A DNA stretch of 21,100 nt from Bdellovibrionota bacterium (GTDB lineage: Bacteria > Bdellovibrionota_C > UBA2361 > JBGSMV01): the NCBI GenBank assembly GCA_044356455.1, contig JBIKWF010000075.1, positions 1 through 21,100 of the forward strand, given 5' to 3'. The notes beneath the pieces were generated by a model. It made no database searches. It was given only the letters and a program-made list of their open reading frames with translations, and had not been told where the DNA came from. This document shows positions 1-9,150 of this stretch, in pieces. A program made the position numbers and the translations under genes. Each line of letters starts with the position of its first letter. Positions within the stretch are counted from its first letter, which is position 1.

Positions 1-1296
1 TTCCCCAAGTGTCGATACCTCCCTCTGCGTTCGCTAGCTTCTTTTGCCTGCGCCAGTACCCTACTTGGCTGCTCCACCATGGGAGGCGCCCACGACGGGC
101 TTCTCGAGAGACTTGCGGGAAGAGGCCCTGTGACCGTGAGCCCGCTTTCAGGCCCCACCGGGAACCCCTACCTCGCCGGAAATCTTCTACTCTCGCGTGA
201 GATGGCCGCAAGCCCCGAGCTCAAGGGCTTTATTGATCACCGCGGAACTCCCCAGGCACTTGAAGTTGAAACCTCTTTTTTTTCTCCCACTACACTTACC
301 CTTTATTACCCCGAAGCTGCGGAAGGGTTCTCCCTTGAGTCTTCCGACACCACGTGGATCATTGAGGGGCCCTTTACCCTAGAAGAAAGCAAGCGGCAGG
401 AACTAGCTCGCCTTTCCCGAGACCCGGCACGACTTCGTGCCGATGGTTCCCTTGAATCAAGAGGAACTGAGGGGAAAGGCAATACCTCTCTGCCGGAGAG
501 TGGCAACCACGTAGGAAGCGCTGTCCCTCAAGATACCAATTCAGCACGGACGGGTTTTGAGTCAGGACCTTTCGCCAATCAAGGGAGCGAAGGCACCGAT
601 TCACTCAAGGCCGCCGCCTCCGCAGAAAGCGATCCATTCCTTGGACGCCTCGAAGAGGCCTACCGACTCAAGGGCAAAAAGAGCGAGAGCCAGGGCTTCT
701 CTTCTCCCTCAGACGGGACCAAACAACACGAGGCTCTTTCTCGGGCGCTCCAAGAAGGGGAGCCCTCAGACTCTAAGATTTCTTTAGATGCGAGCCAGGT
801 GCCGTCCTCCGGCAATCTCCAAGCGCCACTGGCGAAGAACCCAGAACCACTACCATTCAAGCCCGCATTTTTGCCCACACGTGAAGATCCTTTGAAGGAG
901 ACTGCGTCCTCCTCGACCACGCCCGCAACAGGCACTTCGGCCAAACCTGAGACGGCAAGAGGCTCAGAAGAGGAGCAGTTTTTACGTGCTCTCGCTGAGA
1001 AAGAATCAACGAATAAAGCTGAGCTCACTCCCAAAGGCGATCTCGTGCACTACGTGACGCTCCAGGGTGAGACGCTCTCGAATATCGCACGCTGGTACAC
1101 GTTTGACCGAGAGAATGCCAAGCGACTTGCGCGCATTAATGAGCTCAAAAACCCGGATCAGCTGAGCCTCGGGGATATTGTTATTATCCCCTCCTATTTG
1201 GTGAAAAATCAGCGCCGACTTACAGAATCAGGGCTAGCAGCGATTCAAGATCGTGTTCAGAAAATGCCTACAAGAGCCCCTTCGCAGGGACACTGA
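1..1296 (+). CDS. LysM-domain protein, probable lipoprotein; true start probably upstream of the window
   Basis: The frame of ORF 79..1296 is open from base 1 (FPKCRYLPLRSLASFACASTLLGCSTM...), giving a hydrophobic stretch and lipobox-like LLGC (Cys codon 70-72). C-terminal LysM motif VHYVTLQGETLSNIARWY...LARINELKNPDQLSLGDIVIIP. Long S/E/P/G-rich linker in the middle. Confidence 0.85.
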   Translation, partial: FPKCRYLPLRSLASFACASTLLGCSTMGGAHDGLLERLAGRGPVTVSPLSGPTGNPYLAGNLLLSREMAASPELKGFIDHRGTPQALEVETSFFSPTTLTLYYPEAAEGFSLESSDTTWIIEGPFTLEESKRQELARLSRDPARLRADGSLESRGTEGKGNTSLPESGNHVGSAVPQDTNSARTGFESGPFANQGSEGTDSLKAAASAESDPFLGRLEEAYRLKGKKSESQGFSSPSDGTKQHEALSRALQEGEPSDSKISLDASQVPSSGNLQAPLAKNPEPLPFKPAFLPTREDPLKETASSSTTPATGTSAKPETARGSEEEQFLRALAEKESTNKAELTPKGDLVHYVTLQGETLSNIARWYTFDRENAKRLARINELKNPDQLSLGDIVIIPSYLVKNQRRLTESGLAAIQDRVQKMPTRAPSQGH

Positions 1297-1317
1297 GTTA
1301 GTTACTTGAATCTCCCG

Positions 1318-2289
1318 TCAGGTTTCGCAGCGCTCAAGAGCATCGGCATAAATATCAGACAGAGTCTGGGTAAGAGAAAGCATGGGCTTCCATCCCAGTT
1401 CCTTCTCTGCCTTCTCGTAACTCCCGTAGAGCTCACTAGCCTCGACAGAGCGCATGCGAGAGGGGTCGCACTCTACCTTTACCGAGAGCCCCGAAATTGA
1501 AATGAGCCCGTCTAAAATATCCTGCACGGCAAGCGATCGACCAGAAGAGATAACGTACCTCCCATGGCCCTTCTGTGCGGCAAGCCTGTACGCGCGCACC
1601 ACATCCCGCACATCAGTAAAATCCTTTCGAGCAGAAAGATTTCCCACCTGAATAAGGGGCGCTTCTTTACCCTTCGCAATAAGCGCAAGCTGGCGCGCGA
1701 AACTCGCTGCCATAAATCGCACATTTTGGCCTGGGCCGATGTGATTAAAGGGACGCATGACCATTACTTCAAGGTTCCCAAGCCGCGTCCACCGGTCAGC
1801 AACTATCTCGGCCATGAGTTTTGAAACGCTATAGGCGTTTACGGGGTGAGTCGGGGTTTCCTCCCGCACGGGGAGCGAGGCGGCGCCCACCGCACCATAT
1901 ACATCAGCTGAACTTACAAAGACTACGCGTATGCTCTTTTGGAGCTGGTGCGAAATGCGCAGGATATTATCGAGCCCCACGACGTTGCTGCTAAGGGCAC
2001 CCAGGAAGTCTCTCTCTGCCTCAGGCACGAAGGACATTCCGGCCAGGTGATAAATCACTTCTGGAGCCGCGCTCTTGAGGAGATCCGCGCACGCTTCGAG
2101 ATTACTCGTATCAAGGGGCTTCCAGCTGAGCTTTGAGTCAGCAACGCCCTTAGGGCAACACAGACTAAGCACATAGGAGCCCGGAGTTTCAGGAAAGTAT
2201 GTCGCCACAACCTCATCACCGCATTCGAGCAGGTGCCGCACCAGATGGCAGCCAACAAACCCCGAAGCTCCTGTGACTAAGGCCCGCAT
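1318..2289 (-). CDS. rmd: GDP-4-keto-6-deoxy-D-mannose reductase (GDP-D-rhamnose synthase)-like extended SDR
   Basis: GxxGxxG (TGASGFVG), HLAG, SS, YxxxK (YSVSK), RPFNHIGPGQ, GNL..RKDFTDVRDVVRAY. Directly downstream of gmd. The SDR call is certain; the exact product (D-rhamnose vs 6-deoxytalose) is inferred. Confidence 0.75.
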   Translation of the reverse strand: MRALVTGASGFVGCHLVRHLLECGDEVVATYFPETPGSYVLSLCCPKGVADSKLSWKPLDTSNLEACADLLKSAAPEVIYHLAGMSFVPEAERDFLGALSSNVVGLDNILRISHQLQKSIRVVFVSSADVYGAVGAASLPVREETPTHPVNAYSVSKLMAEIVADRWTRLGNLEVMVMRPFNHIGPGQNVRFMAASFARQLALIAKGKEAPLIQVGNLSARKDFTDVRDVVRAYRLAAQKGHGRYVISSGRSLAVQDILDGLISISGLSVKVECDPSRMRSVEASELYGSYEKAEKELGWKPMLSLTQTLSDIYADALERCET

Positions 2290-2349
2290 CGCGCTACTCG
2301 CCTATTCCCCCGAGAACCTAGTGCATCCCTCGTTACTTGAAAGGATTCG

Positions 2350-3435
<1,086 letters not shown>

Positions 3436-3740
3436 TTAAAGGAGTCTCGCAAACGAACAAGCTTGCATAAGAAGCCCCCTTCCCCTCAATTCGGCATCTT
3501 GAATACCAGAAAAACCCTCGTGGGGGCAAATGGTTAGCCTCGGTGGATGCGTGGCTCCAATGCGTGGCGTGCAGCGAAATACAGCTGTTTGAAAAGCGGC
3601 ACTGCCGCATGCCTTCTCTATAAGATCTAAAGGAATCCGGGCGAAAAATCTTGCAGCGCAGCATCCGCGAAAAGGCATAAAGGCCCCAAAAGCCAAGGAG
3701 CTATCTCACCGGACTGACAAGAGAATGATTAACACTGCAA

Positions 3741-3753
3741 TATCAGCATGTTG
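3741..3753 (+). promoter_or_regulatory. Possible IHF-binding site in the gmd upstream region
   Basis: TATCAGCATGTTG matches WATCARNNNNTTR. Short motif, could be chance. Confidence 0.25.
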
Positions 3754-3766
3754 AGAGCTCAAATCG

Positions 3767-5704
3767 TCACGAGCTTGCCCTTAATGGCTCTGCCACGGCA
3801 GCAAATTCAAGGTGGGTACTTAGCCAAAGGATACCTGACTTAGTAGGAGGATTGAACTCATAATGAGCCTTGCTCACGGAGACGGAGAAACTTGACCCTT
3901 CGGGAATGTTGTCAAAAGAAAAGTCCCCAAGTAGGCCTGTCGTTCTTGTTCCCGAGATGCCCGACTTGACGGTTACGCCTGCGATAGGAAGACCAGTGGA
4001 GGCGCTGTAGACATAGCCGGTAATACGGTGGACTGTAACGGTAGCATCTTCTTCTTTTTGAGAGCTAAGATTTGCCTGGAGGGCATTCGCAAGTCCTGCA
4101 ACTTCCAGAACATCTTTGTCAGTTGGTGTAGCCTTTACGCTCTTGAGTGCGTGCTTTCCAAACTCCGAAATCATTTCCTCCTTTCGACCTTTGTCGCTTC
4201 GATCTTCCTCAGCTCTCGTTGGGTCCTGGGCTTTGCGTTCTGAGCTTTGAGCAGGAGGAGTAGAGAGATTCTGTTCAAGGAACTTTATTAGGGGCGCTAC
4301 GATAGGATTTTCTGGAATCACTTTAAGAATCTCAATGAGCCTCGTCAAAACCTCATCGGTAGCACGCACAAGAAATGATGCCGGTAAGGCTGAGTTAGTT
4401 GAGATCGGCTCAGACTGATTGCTGCGGAGAAGTGAGCCAGTTGCAAGGACACTATTAACCTGCGTTCCGGTTAATAGTGCCTCAAGGATAGAACCTTTGG
4501 GGAGGTTATTGAGGTCCTGTTTTAATGCGAGCTCTAAGGGAATAGCTGCCGTGGGAGAAACGGAAGGTCTTAGCGCTTGCTCGACTTGGATGCGGCCTTC
4601 GCTTGGTGACAGAGAGAGGGGCTGCTCCCGGGCCCTTGCTTCCGCTGCATTTCGGGTAGTCTCTGCCCTTAACTCAGAGCGAAAAACTGTACGATCTGGA
4701 GAGTGGGCGTCAGTCGTTTTTTCACGCACCGCTTGCTGCTCTGAAGAACGCCCCGCCTCACGATCTCCCTTGGATTCTCTTGAGAAGTCTTTAGCCGTGG
4801 TTTTCCCCTCTGGCGCGCGCTCGTCAACCTCTCGGCGAGGGGCTTCCTTGGAACTGTGGTCCGGCTTTGCGTCAGGCTTCTCAACCGGTGCAGAGGAAGT
4901 GCGAGTTTCTGGTTTTCTAGAATCTTCTTTAGCTTCCTCGGGGGTTTTCTCGCGTCGTGTCTCCTGCCGTCCACGATCTGGAGTTCCTTGATCTGGCCGC
5001 GCCGTTTGCGTGCCAGGCTTTTCTGAGGCTCCCGGCTCAACCGGATCGCTGAGTCGCTCCTTCGCTCTAGGTGCCTCCGGACCCTTATCACCGCGAGGCG
5101 GCGGCGCCTCGCGCGGAGGCAGTTCCTTAAGTTCGCGGCTTTCTTTGGGCTGCGCCGCGCCCCTCTCTCGGTTAGGTTTCGATTCCTCGCGAGCATCGTC
5201 TTGCTTATGAACAACTGGCTGCTTTGGACGCTCCGAGCGTTCGTAAACTGCGTCATCGCCTCTTGGGCGCGGCAGGATCTCAGAGCGGTCAGGCCCCTCG
5301 GCAACTCGCGGTCGTGAAAAATCTCTCTGACCCGAATTGGCGCGCAGAAATGGATCTTGGTTATCTGCTGAAAAGTTCTCCCGGCCACTGGGCGGCAGCA
5401 TGGAATTCGAACCCAGTGGGCGCATCCCCCGCTCTCCAATCGAGGAAGGACTGTCCATGATTGAATCTCTGCGAATTCCTTCAATCCTTGCAACATCGAC
5501 GCCGGGGAGTCGCTGCGGGCCTGAGGCCTGAGCACTGCCGGGAGTAAATTCTTGCTTTCCAGGTTCGACCCCGGGACCAGTCGCAGCAGTACCGCTGGAA
5601 GAAGCCGCTGCGCCTGAGCCTTGCGGAGATGAGGGCGTTGCCGGTCCGGCGCCAGCTGCCATGCCCGCATCCAGGGAAAATCCTCCTCCAGCGAAATTAG
5701 CCAT
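3767..5704 (-). CDS. Hypothetical, largely disordered protein with C-terminal carboxypeptidase-regulatory-like (beta-sandwich) domain
   Basis: About 645-aa open frame: G/A/S-rich N-terminus, long R/E/K/P-rich region, short helical-looking segment, then ITGYVYSASTGLPIAGVTV...TTGLLGDFSFDNIPEGSSFSVSVSKAHYEF. Start could be ATG 5704 or GTG 5713. Confidence 0.75.
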   Translation of the reverse strand: MANFAGGGFSLDAGMAAGAGPATPSSPQGSGAAASSSGTAATGPGVEPGKQEFTPGSAQASGPQRLPGVDVARIEGIRRDSIMDSPSSIGERGMRPLGSNSMLPPSGRENFSADNQDPFLRANSGQRDFSRPRVAEGPDRSEILPRPRGDDAVYERSERPKQPVVHKQDDAREESKPNRERGAAQPKESRELKELPPREAPPPRGDKGPEAPRAKERLSDPVEPGASEKPGTQTARPDQGTPDRGRQETRREKTPEEAKEDSRKPETRTSSAPVEKPDAKPDHSSKEAPRREVDERAPEGKTTAKDFSRESKGDREAGRSSEQQAVREKTTDAHSPDRTVFRSELRAETTRNAAEARAREQPLSLSPSEGRIQVEQALRPSVSPTAAIPLELALKQDLNNLPKGSILEALLTGTQVNSVLATGSLLRSNQSEPISTNSALPASFLVRATDEVLTRLIEILKVIPENPIVAPLIKFLEQNLSTPPAQSSERKAQDPTRAEEDRSDKGRKEEMISEFGKHALKSVKATPTDKDVLEVAGLANALQANLSSQKEEDATVTVHRITGYVYSASTGLPIAGVTVKSGISGTRTTGLLGDFSFDNIPEGSSFSVSVSKAHYEFNPPTKSGILWLSTHLEFAAVAEPLRASS

Positions 5705-5863
5705 ACCCCACACCCCTGCTCGTAAAAAGCTACTCTGCTAGTTATGAGCTCGTGCGAAGAAGATGGGGTTTAAGAGCAATAGTTTAAGAACGATCATTAG
5801 ATCTGGGGTGTTATGGCGAAGTACGAACCAGGCCCCTCCAAGTTTTTCTTATGTGAGTTTTCC

Positions 5864-6955
5864 TTATAGGAGGCCCTGCTTTCCTTTGGCCTTGAGCTCG
5901 TCGAGCACCTTTTTAACGTCCTGAACCCGGTCCTGGTGACAGACAAGAAGCGCATCCGGTGTGTCTATGACAATGGTGTTCTCGACCCCTAGTAATGCAA
6001 TCAGCCTTTTCCCCTCCGGGCACCCACGCACCACGCAGTTAGAGGAAAGAACCGCGGCCGCGTCCCCTTGAAGGACATTCCCGTCCCCGTCCTTTTCGAA
6101 CTGGTCGGCCCACGCATCCCAAGAGCCTACATCGTTCCATCCAAAATCATCCGCCTCAACCACGGCACAATTTCGAACGTGCTCGAGAACTCCGAAGTCA
6201 ATCGAAATGGACTCCAAGGTGGGGAAGATTTGCTCAAGAACTTCAGCTTCCCGTGGGGTGCCGAGGGCGCTCTGTATCTGAAGCAGCCCTTCATGCAACT
6301 GGGGAAGACATTGCTTCAGGGCCGCAAGAATAACGCTCGCTCTCCAGGCGAACATACCGCTATTCCAGAAGAAATCTCCGGAGTCACAATAGGAGCGAGC
6401 CCTATCAAGGTTTGGCTTCTCAAAGAAGCGCTTCACCTTAAAGGCTCTCTCTACTCCCCCTGACGAGGCGAGCGTCTCTCCTCTTTGCACATAGCCATAG
6501 CCAGTGTGGGGATAGGCAGGCCGAATTCCAATGGTGACGAGATGATCGCCCGACTGCGCAACGGTGATGGCGCGGCGCAAAACTTCGCGTAGCGTTCCCT
6601 CATCCCGCACCGCGTGATCGGCCGGTAGGATAACGACTACGGTATTGGGGTCTTTCTTGGCCGCAGCCACTGCAGCAAGACCAATGGAAGCTGCCGTATT
6701 ACGGCCCATCGGCTCAGCGAGAATTGAGGCCGTGGGAACATGCGCCCGCACCTGCTCAACAAGAACTTTGCTTGTAACCACAAAAAGTCCGCCCTCAGGC
6801 ACAAGTTCCTGAACGCGCCTAGCTGTCGCACCGATAAGACTCTCGCTGGTAAGTCCCAGAGGCAAAAACTGCTTTGGCTTCAGCGAGCGGCTCACTGGCC
6901 AAAAACGGGTACCCGAGCCACCTGCGAGAATAAAAATTGCTGCATTCGACTTCAC
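5864..6955 (-). CDS. manC: Mannose-1-phosphate guanylyltransferase (short form, no cupin PMI domain)
   Basis: ILAGGSGTRFWPVSR..PKQFL, EPMGRNTA, PADH, TGYGY, FFEKP, WNSGMF, SIDFGVLE, WNDVGSW. GTG start at 6955 preceded by GGAGG. Confidence 0.95.
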   Translation of the reverse strand: MKSNAAIFILAGGSGTRFWPVSRSLKPKQFLPLGLTSESLIGATARRVQELVPEGGLFVVTSKVLVEQVRAHVPTASILAEPMGRNTAASIGLAAVAAAKKDPNTVVVILPADHAVRDEGTLREVLRRAITVAQSGDHLVTIGIRPAYPHTGYGYVQRGETLASSGGVERAFKVKRFFEKPNLDRARSYCDSGDFFWNSGMFAWRASVILAALKQCLPQLHEGLLQIQSALGTPREAEVLEQIFPTLESISIDFGVLEHVRNCAVVEADDFGWNDVGSWDAWADQFEKDGDGNVLQGDAAAVLSSNCVVRGCPEGKRLIALLGVENTIVIDTPDALLVCHQDRVQDVKKVLDELKAKGKQGLL

Positions 6956-7007
6956 GCTAACCTCCCTCTGCCTCACCCACTCTTAGGAGCGTGTCCCGCT
7001 GCCACCA

Positions 7008-7883
7008 CTAATGCCGCTCGACCGCATAACCGATTTCTGCGAGATGACGCCGTAGCCCCTCGCGCCAGTCGAGAGGCTCCCGCCCCAACATTTTAGTAAG
7101 TCGAGTAGTATCCATGGCAGAATACGCAGGCCTACGAGCTGGCCGTGGGAAATTCACCGCGCTCGTTCTTTGAATATCGACGACGCGCCCAAGAGACGGC
7201 TTTATATCTTCATAAATTGCTGAGGCGAATTCATGCCAGCTTATCACGCCCTTGCCACACGCGTGTACGGTGCCCTCGCTCCGCAAACGGCAAAGATCGA
7301 GCAAGGCCTCTGCGAGCCAACCAGCCCAGGTAGGAGACATAAATTGATCGTCCACTACGTGCAGCTTCTCTTTTTCTTTGAAGAGCTTGATCATCGTATG
7401 CACGAAGTTAATACCCTTCTGGCCATGAAGAGAGGAGGTTCGAACAATGAGCCCCTTCCCCTGCAAAACCTCCTGCACTGCCTTCTCGCCCGCAAGCTTT
7501 GACTCTCCATACACATTGATCGGGCGCGTGGGAGCTTCTTCACTGAGAGGCGCCTTCGAAGAGCCGTCAAAGACATAGTCCGTTGAGATATGAATGAAAC
7601 GAGCGCCTGAACTCCTCGCCGCATAGGCCACGTTCCTTGCGCCATCCTGATTGAGCCGAAATGCGGCCTCGCGCTCCTCTTCTGCCTTATCCACCGCCGT
7701 ATACGCAGCGCTGTTGATAATAACGTCGGGCTTTACACGCTCAGCCAGAGTCTGCACTTGCTCACGCTCTACAATATCGACTTCCGATTGAACCGGAGAG
7801 ACCACTTCAAAATTGAGGTCCTGCCCCCGAGTGGTAATTTCGTAGCCAAGTTGGCCACTTCCACCGAATAGTAAAATCTTCAT
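7008..7883 (-). CDS. rfbD: dTDP-4-dehydrorhamnose reductase
   Basis: MKILLFGGSGQLG, NSAAYTAVDKAE, HISTDYVFDG, YGESKLAGE, DQFMSPT, RPAYS. Start at ATG 7883; the longer ORF-track start overlaps rfbB. Confidence 0.95.
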   Translation of the reverse strand: MKILLFGGSGQLGYEITTRGQDLNFEVVSPVQSEVDIVEREQVQTLAERVKPDVIINSAAYTAVDKAEEEREAAFRLNQDGARNVAYAARSSGARFIHISTDYVFDGSSKAPLSEEAPTRPINVYGESKLAGEKAVQEVLQGKGLIVRTSSLHGQKGINFVHTMIKLFKEKEKLHVVDDQFMSPTWAGWLAEALLDLCRLRSEGTVHACGKGVISWHEFASAIYEDIKPSLGRVVDIQRTSAVNFPRPARRPAYSAMDTTRLTKMLGREPLDWREGLRRHLAEIGYAVERH

Positions 7884-7908
7884 ATGAAGCTCTCTTAAAG
7901 CCGCCCAA

Positions 7909-8955
7909 TTATAGCCGACCAGTATAGTTCCGCTCGTAGTAACTGCGGTAGGCGCCCGATTTAATCTCCTGCCACCAGCTACGATTCTTCTGATACCAAT
8001 CGATAGTTGCCGCCAATCCTTCCTCGAACACTGTGCGAGGCTTCCACCCAAGTTCACGGGTCGCCTTCGAAAAATCTACGGCGTAGCGGAAGTCATGTGC
8101 CGGACGGTCCGCGACAAGCTGCAGTTGCTCGGCAGGCGTTCCGAGTATCTTCATGATACGGCGAGCAACCTCAACATTTGGCAGCTCACCATCCACGTCA
8201 CTCCCAAGATTATAGGCTTCACCTGTTCGCCCTTTTTCTGCCGCCAAGAGCAGCCCCTCACAGTGATCGCGCACATGAATCCAGCTGCGTACATTCGCGC
8301 CATTGCCATAAAGGGGGAGCTTCTTGCCCTCAAGGCAATTCGACACGAAAAGAGGAATAAACTTTTCGGGAAACTGGTACGGTCCGTAATTATTGGTGCA
8401 GCGCGTTACAAGCGCATCGAGATGGTGGGTCCGAGCCGCAGCAAACACCATAAGATCCGAAGCGGCTTTCGAGGCAGCATAGGGACTAGTTGGTTCAAGC
8501 GGTGTCGTCTCATAAAAAAGCCCTGTCGGTCCAAGCGAGCCGTAGACTTCATCAGTTGAAATATGAACGAATCGTATTTTCTTTGCCTTTGTTGTCTCCG
8601 TGCCTCGGTGCAGCGCCAGCGTTGCATTCAGCAGCACTTGAGTCCCAAGCACATTAGTTTTTACAAACTCAGAGGCGCTCATGATGGAGCGATCCACATG
8701 GCTCTCTGCCGCGAGGTGCATCACGAGATCATACTGCTCATCAGCAAAAAGTTTTGCGATAAGCTCAGTGTCTGTGATGTCACCCTTTACGAAGGTTATT
8801 TTTTTCTGCTCAGTAAGCGAGCCAAGGTTCGCCAAGTTTCCTGCGTACGTAAGAGAGTCAAGGGCAGTGATACGCCACGAGGGTCTCTCTGCGACCAGAT
8901 AATGCACCAGGTTGCTTCCAATAAAGCCTGCGGCGCCCGTAACTAAAACTTTCAT
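7909..8955 (-). CDS. rfbB: dTDP-glucose 4,6-dehydratase
   Basis: LVTGAAGFIGSN, DSLTYAGN, HLAAESHVDRSI, HISTDEVYGSL, SPYAASKAASD, NNYGPYQFPEKFIP, DRPAHDFRYA. Confidence 0.97.
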   Translation of the reverse strand: MKVLVTGAAGFIGSNLVHYLVAERPSWRITALDSLTYAGNLANLGSLTEQKKITFVKGDITDTELIAKLFADEQYDLVMHLAAESHVDRSIMSASEFVKTNVLGTQVLLNATLALHRGTETTKAKKIRFVHISTDEVYGSLGPTGLFYETTPLEPTSPYAASKAASDLMVFAAARTHHLDALVTRCTNNYGPYQFPEKFIPLFVSNCLEGKKLPLYGNGANVRSWIHVRDHCEGLLLAAEKGRTGEAYNLGSDVDGELPNVEVARRIMKILGTPAEQLQLVADRPAHDFRYAVDFSKATRELGWKPRTVFEEGLAATIDWYQKNRSWWQEIKSGAYRSYYERNYTGRL

Positions 8956-9150
8956 AGTTTCATTCTCTCACTCGAAAAACTAATGAGTCTCTGAAATACC
9001 CAGAAATTGATGTTCCTCTCTCCTGTTTTTTCTCCGCATGCCCTGCGGCCTCCGCCTTAAGCAACACTATTCACGTAGCGCGGAATACGCATAGCGCGCG
9101 CCGTCATATCTCACGGAATCCCTTCGGGCCCGTATGATCCCCGCAGTTCC

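Noticed and set aside
3665..3698. CGCGAAAAG-GCATAAAGG-CCCCAAAAG as a sixth 9-mer arm
   Set aside because: Too degenerate and lacks an inverted partner; cannot be separated from chance.
4669..5670. 333-aa alternate-frame ORF on the same strand as the 648-aa protein, plus antisense ORFs such as 4419..4991
   Set aside because: Arg-rich with no motif; expected shadow of GC-rich low-complexity coding sequence.
7884..8057. Longer rfbD start in the ORF track
   Set aside because: Overlaps the rfbB 3' end by about 150 bp; the family begins at MKILLFG.
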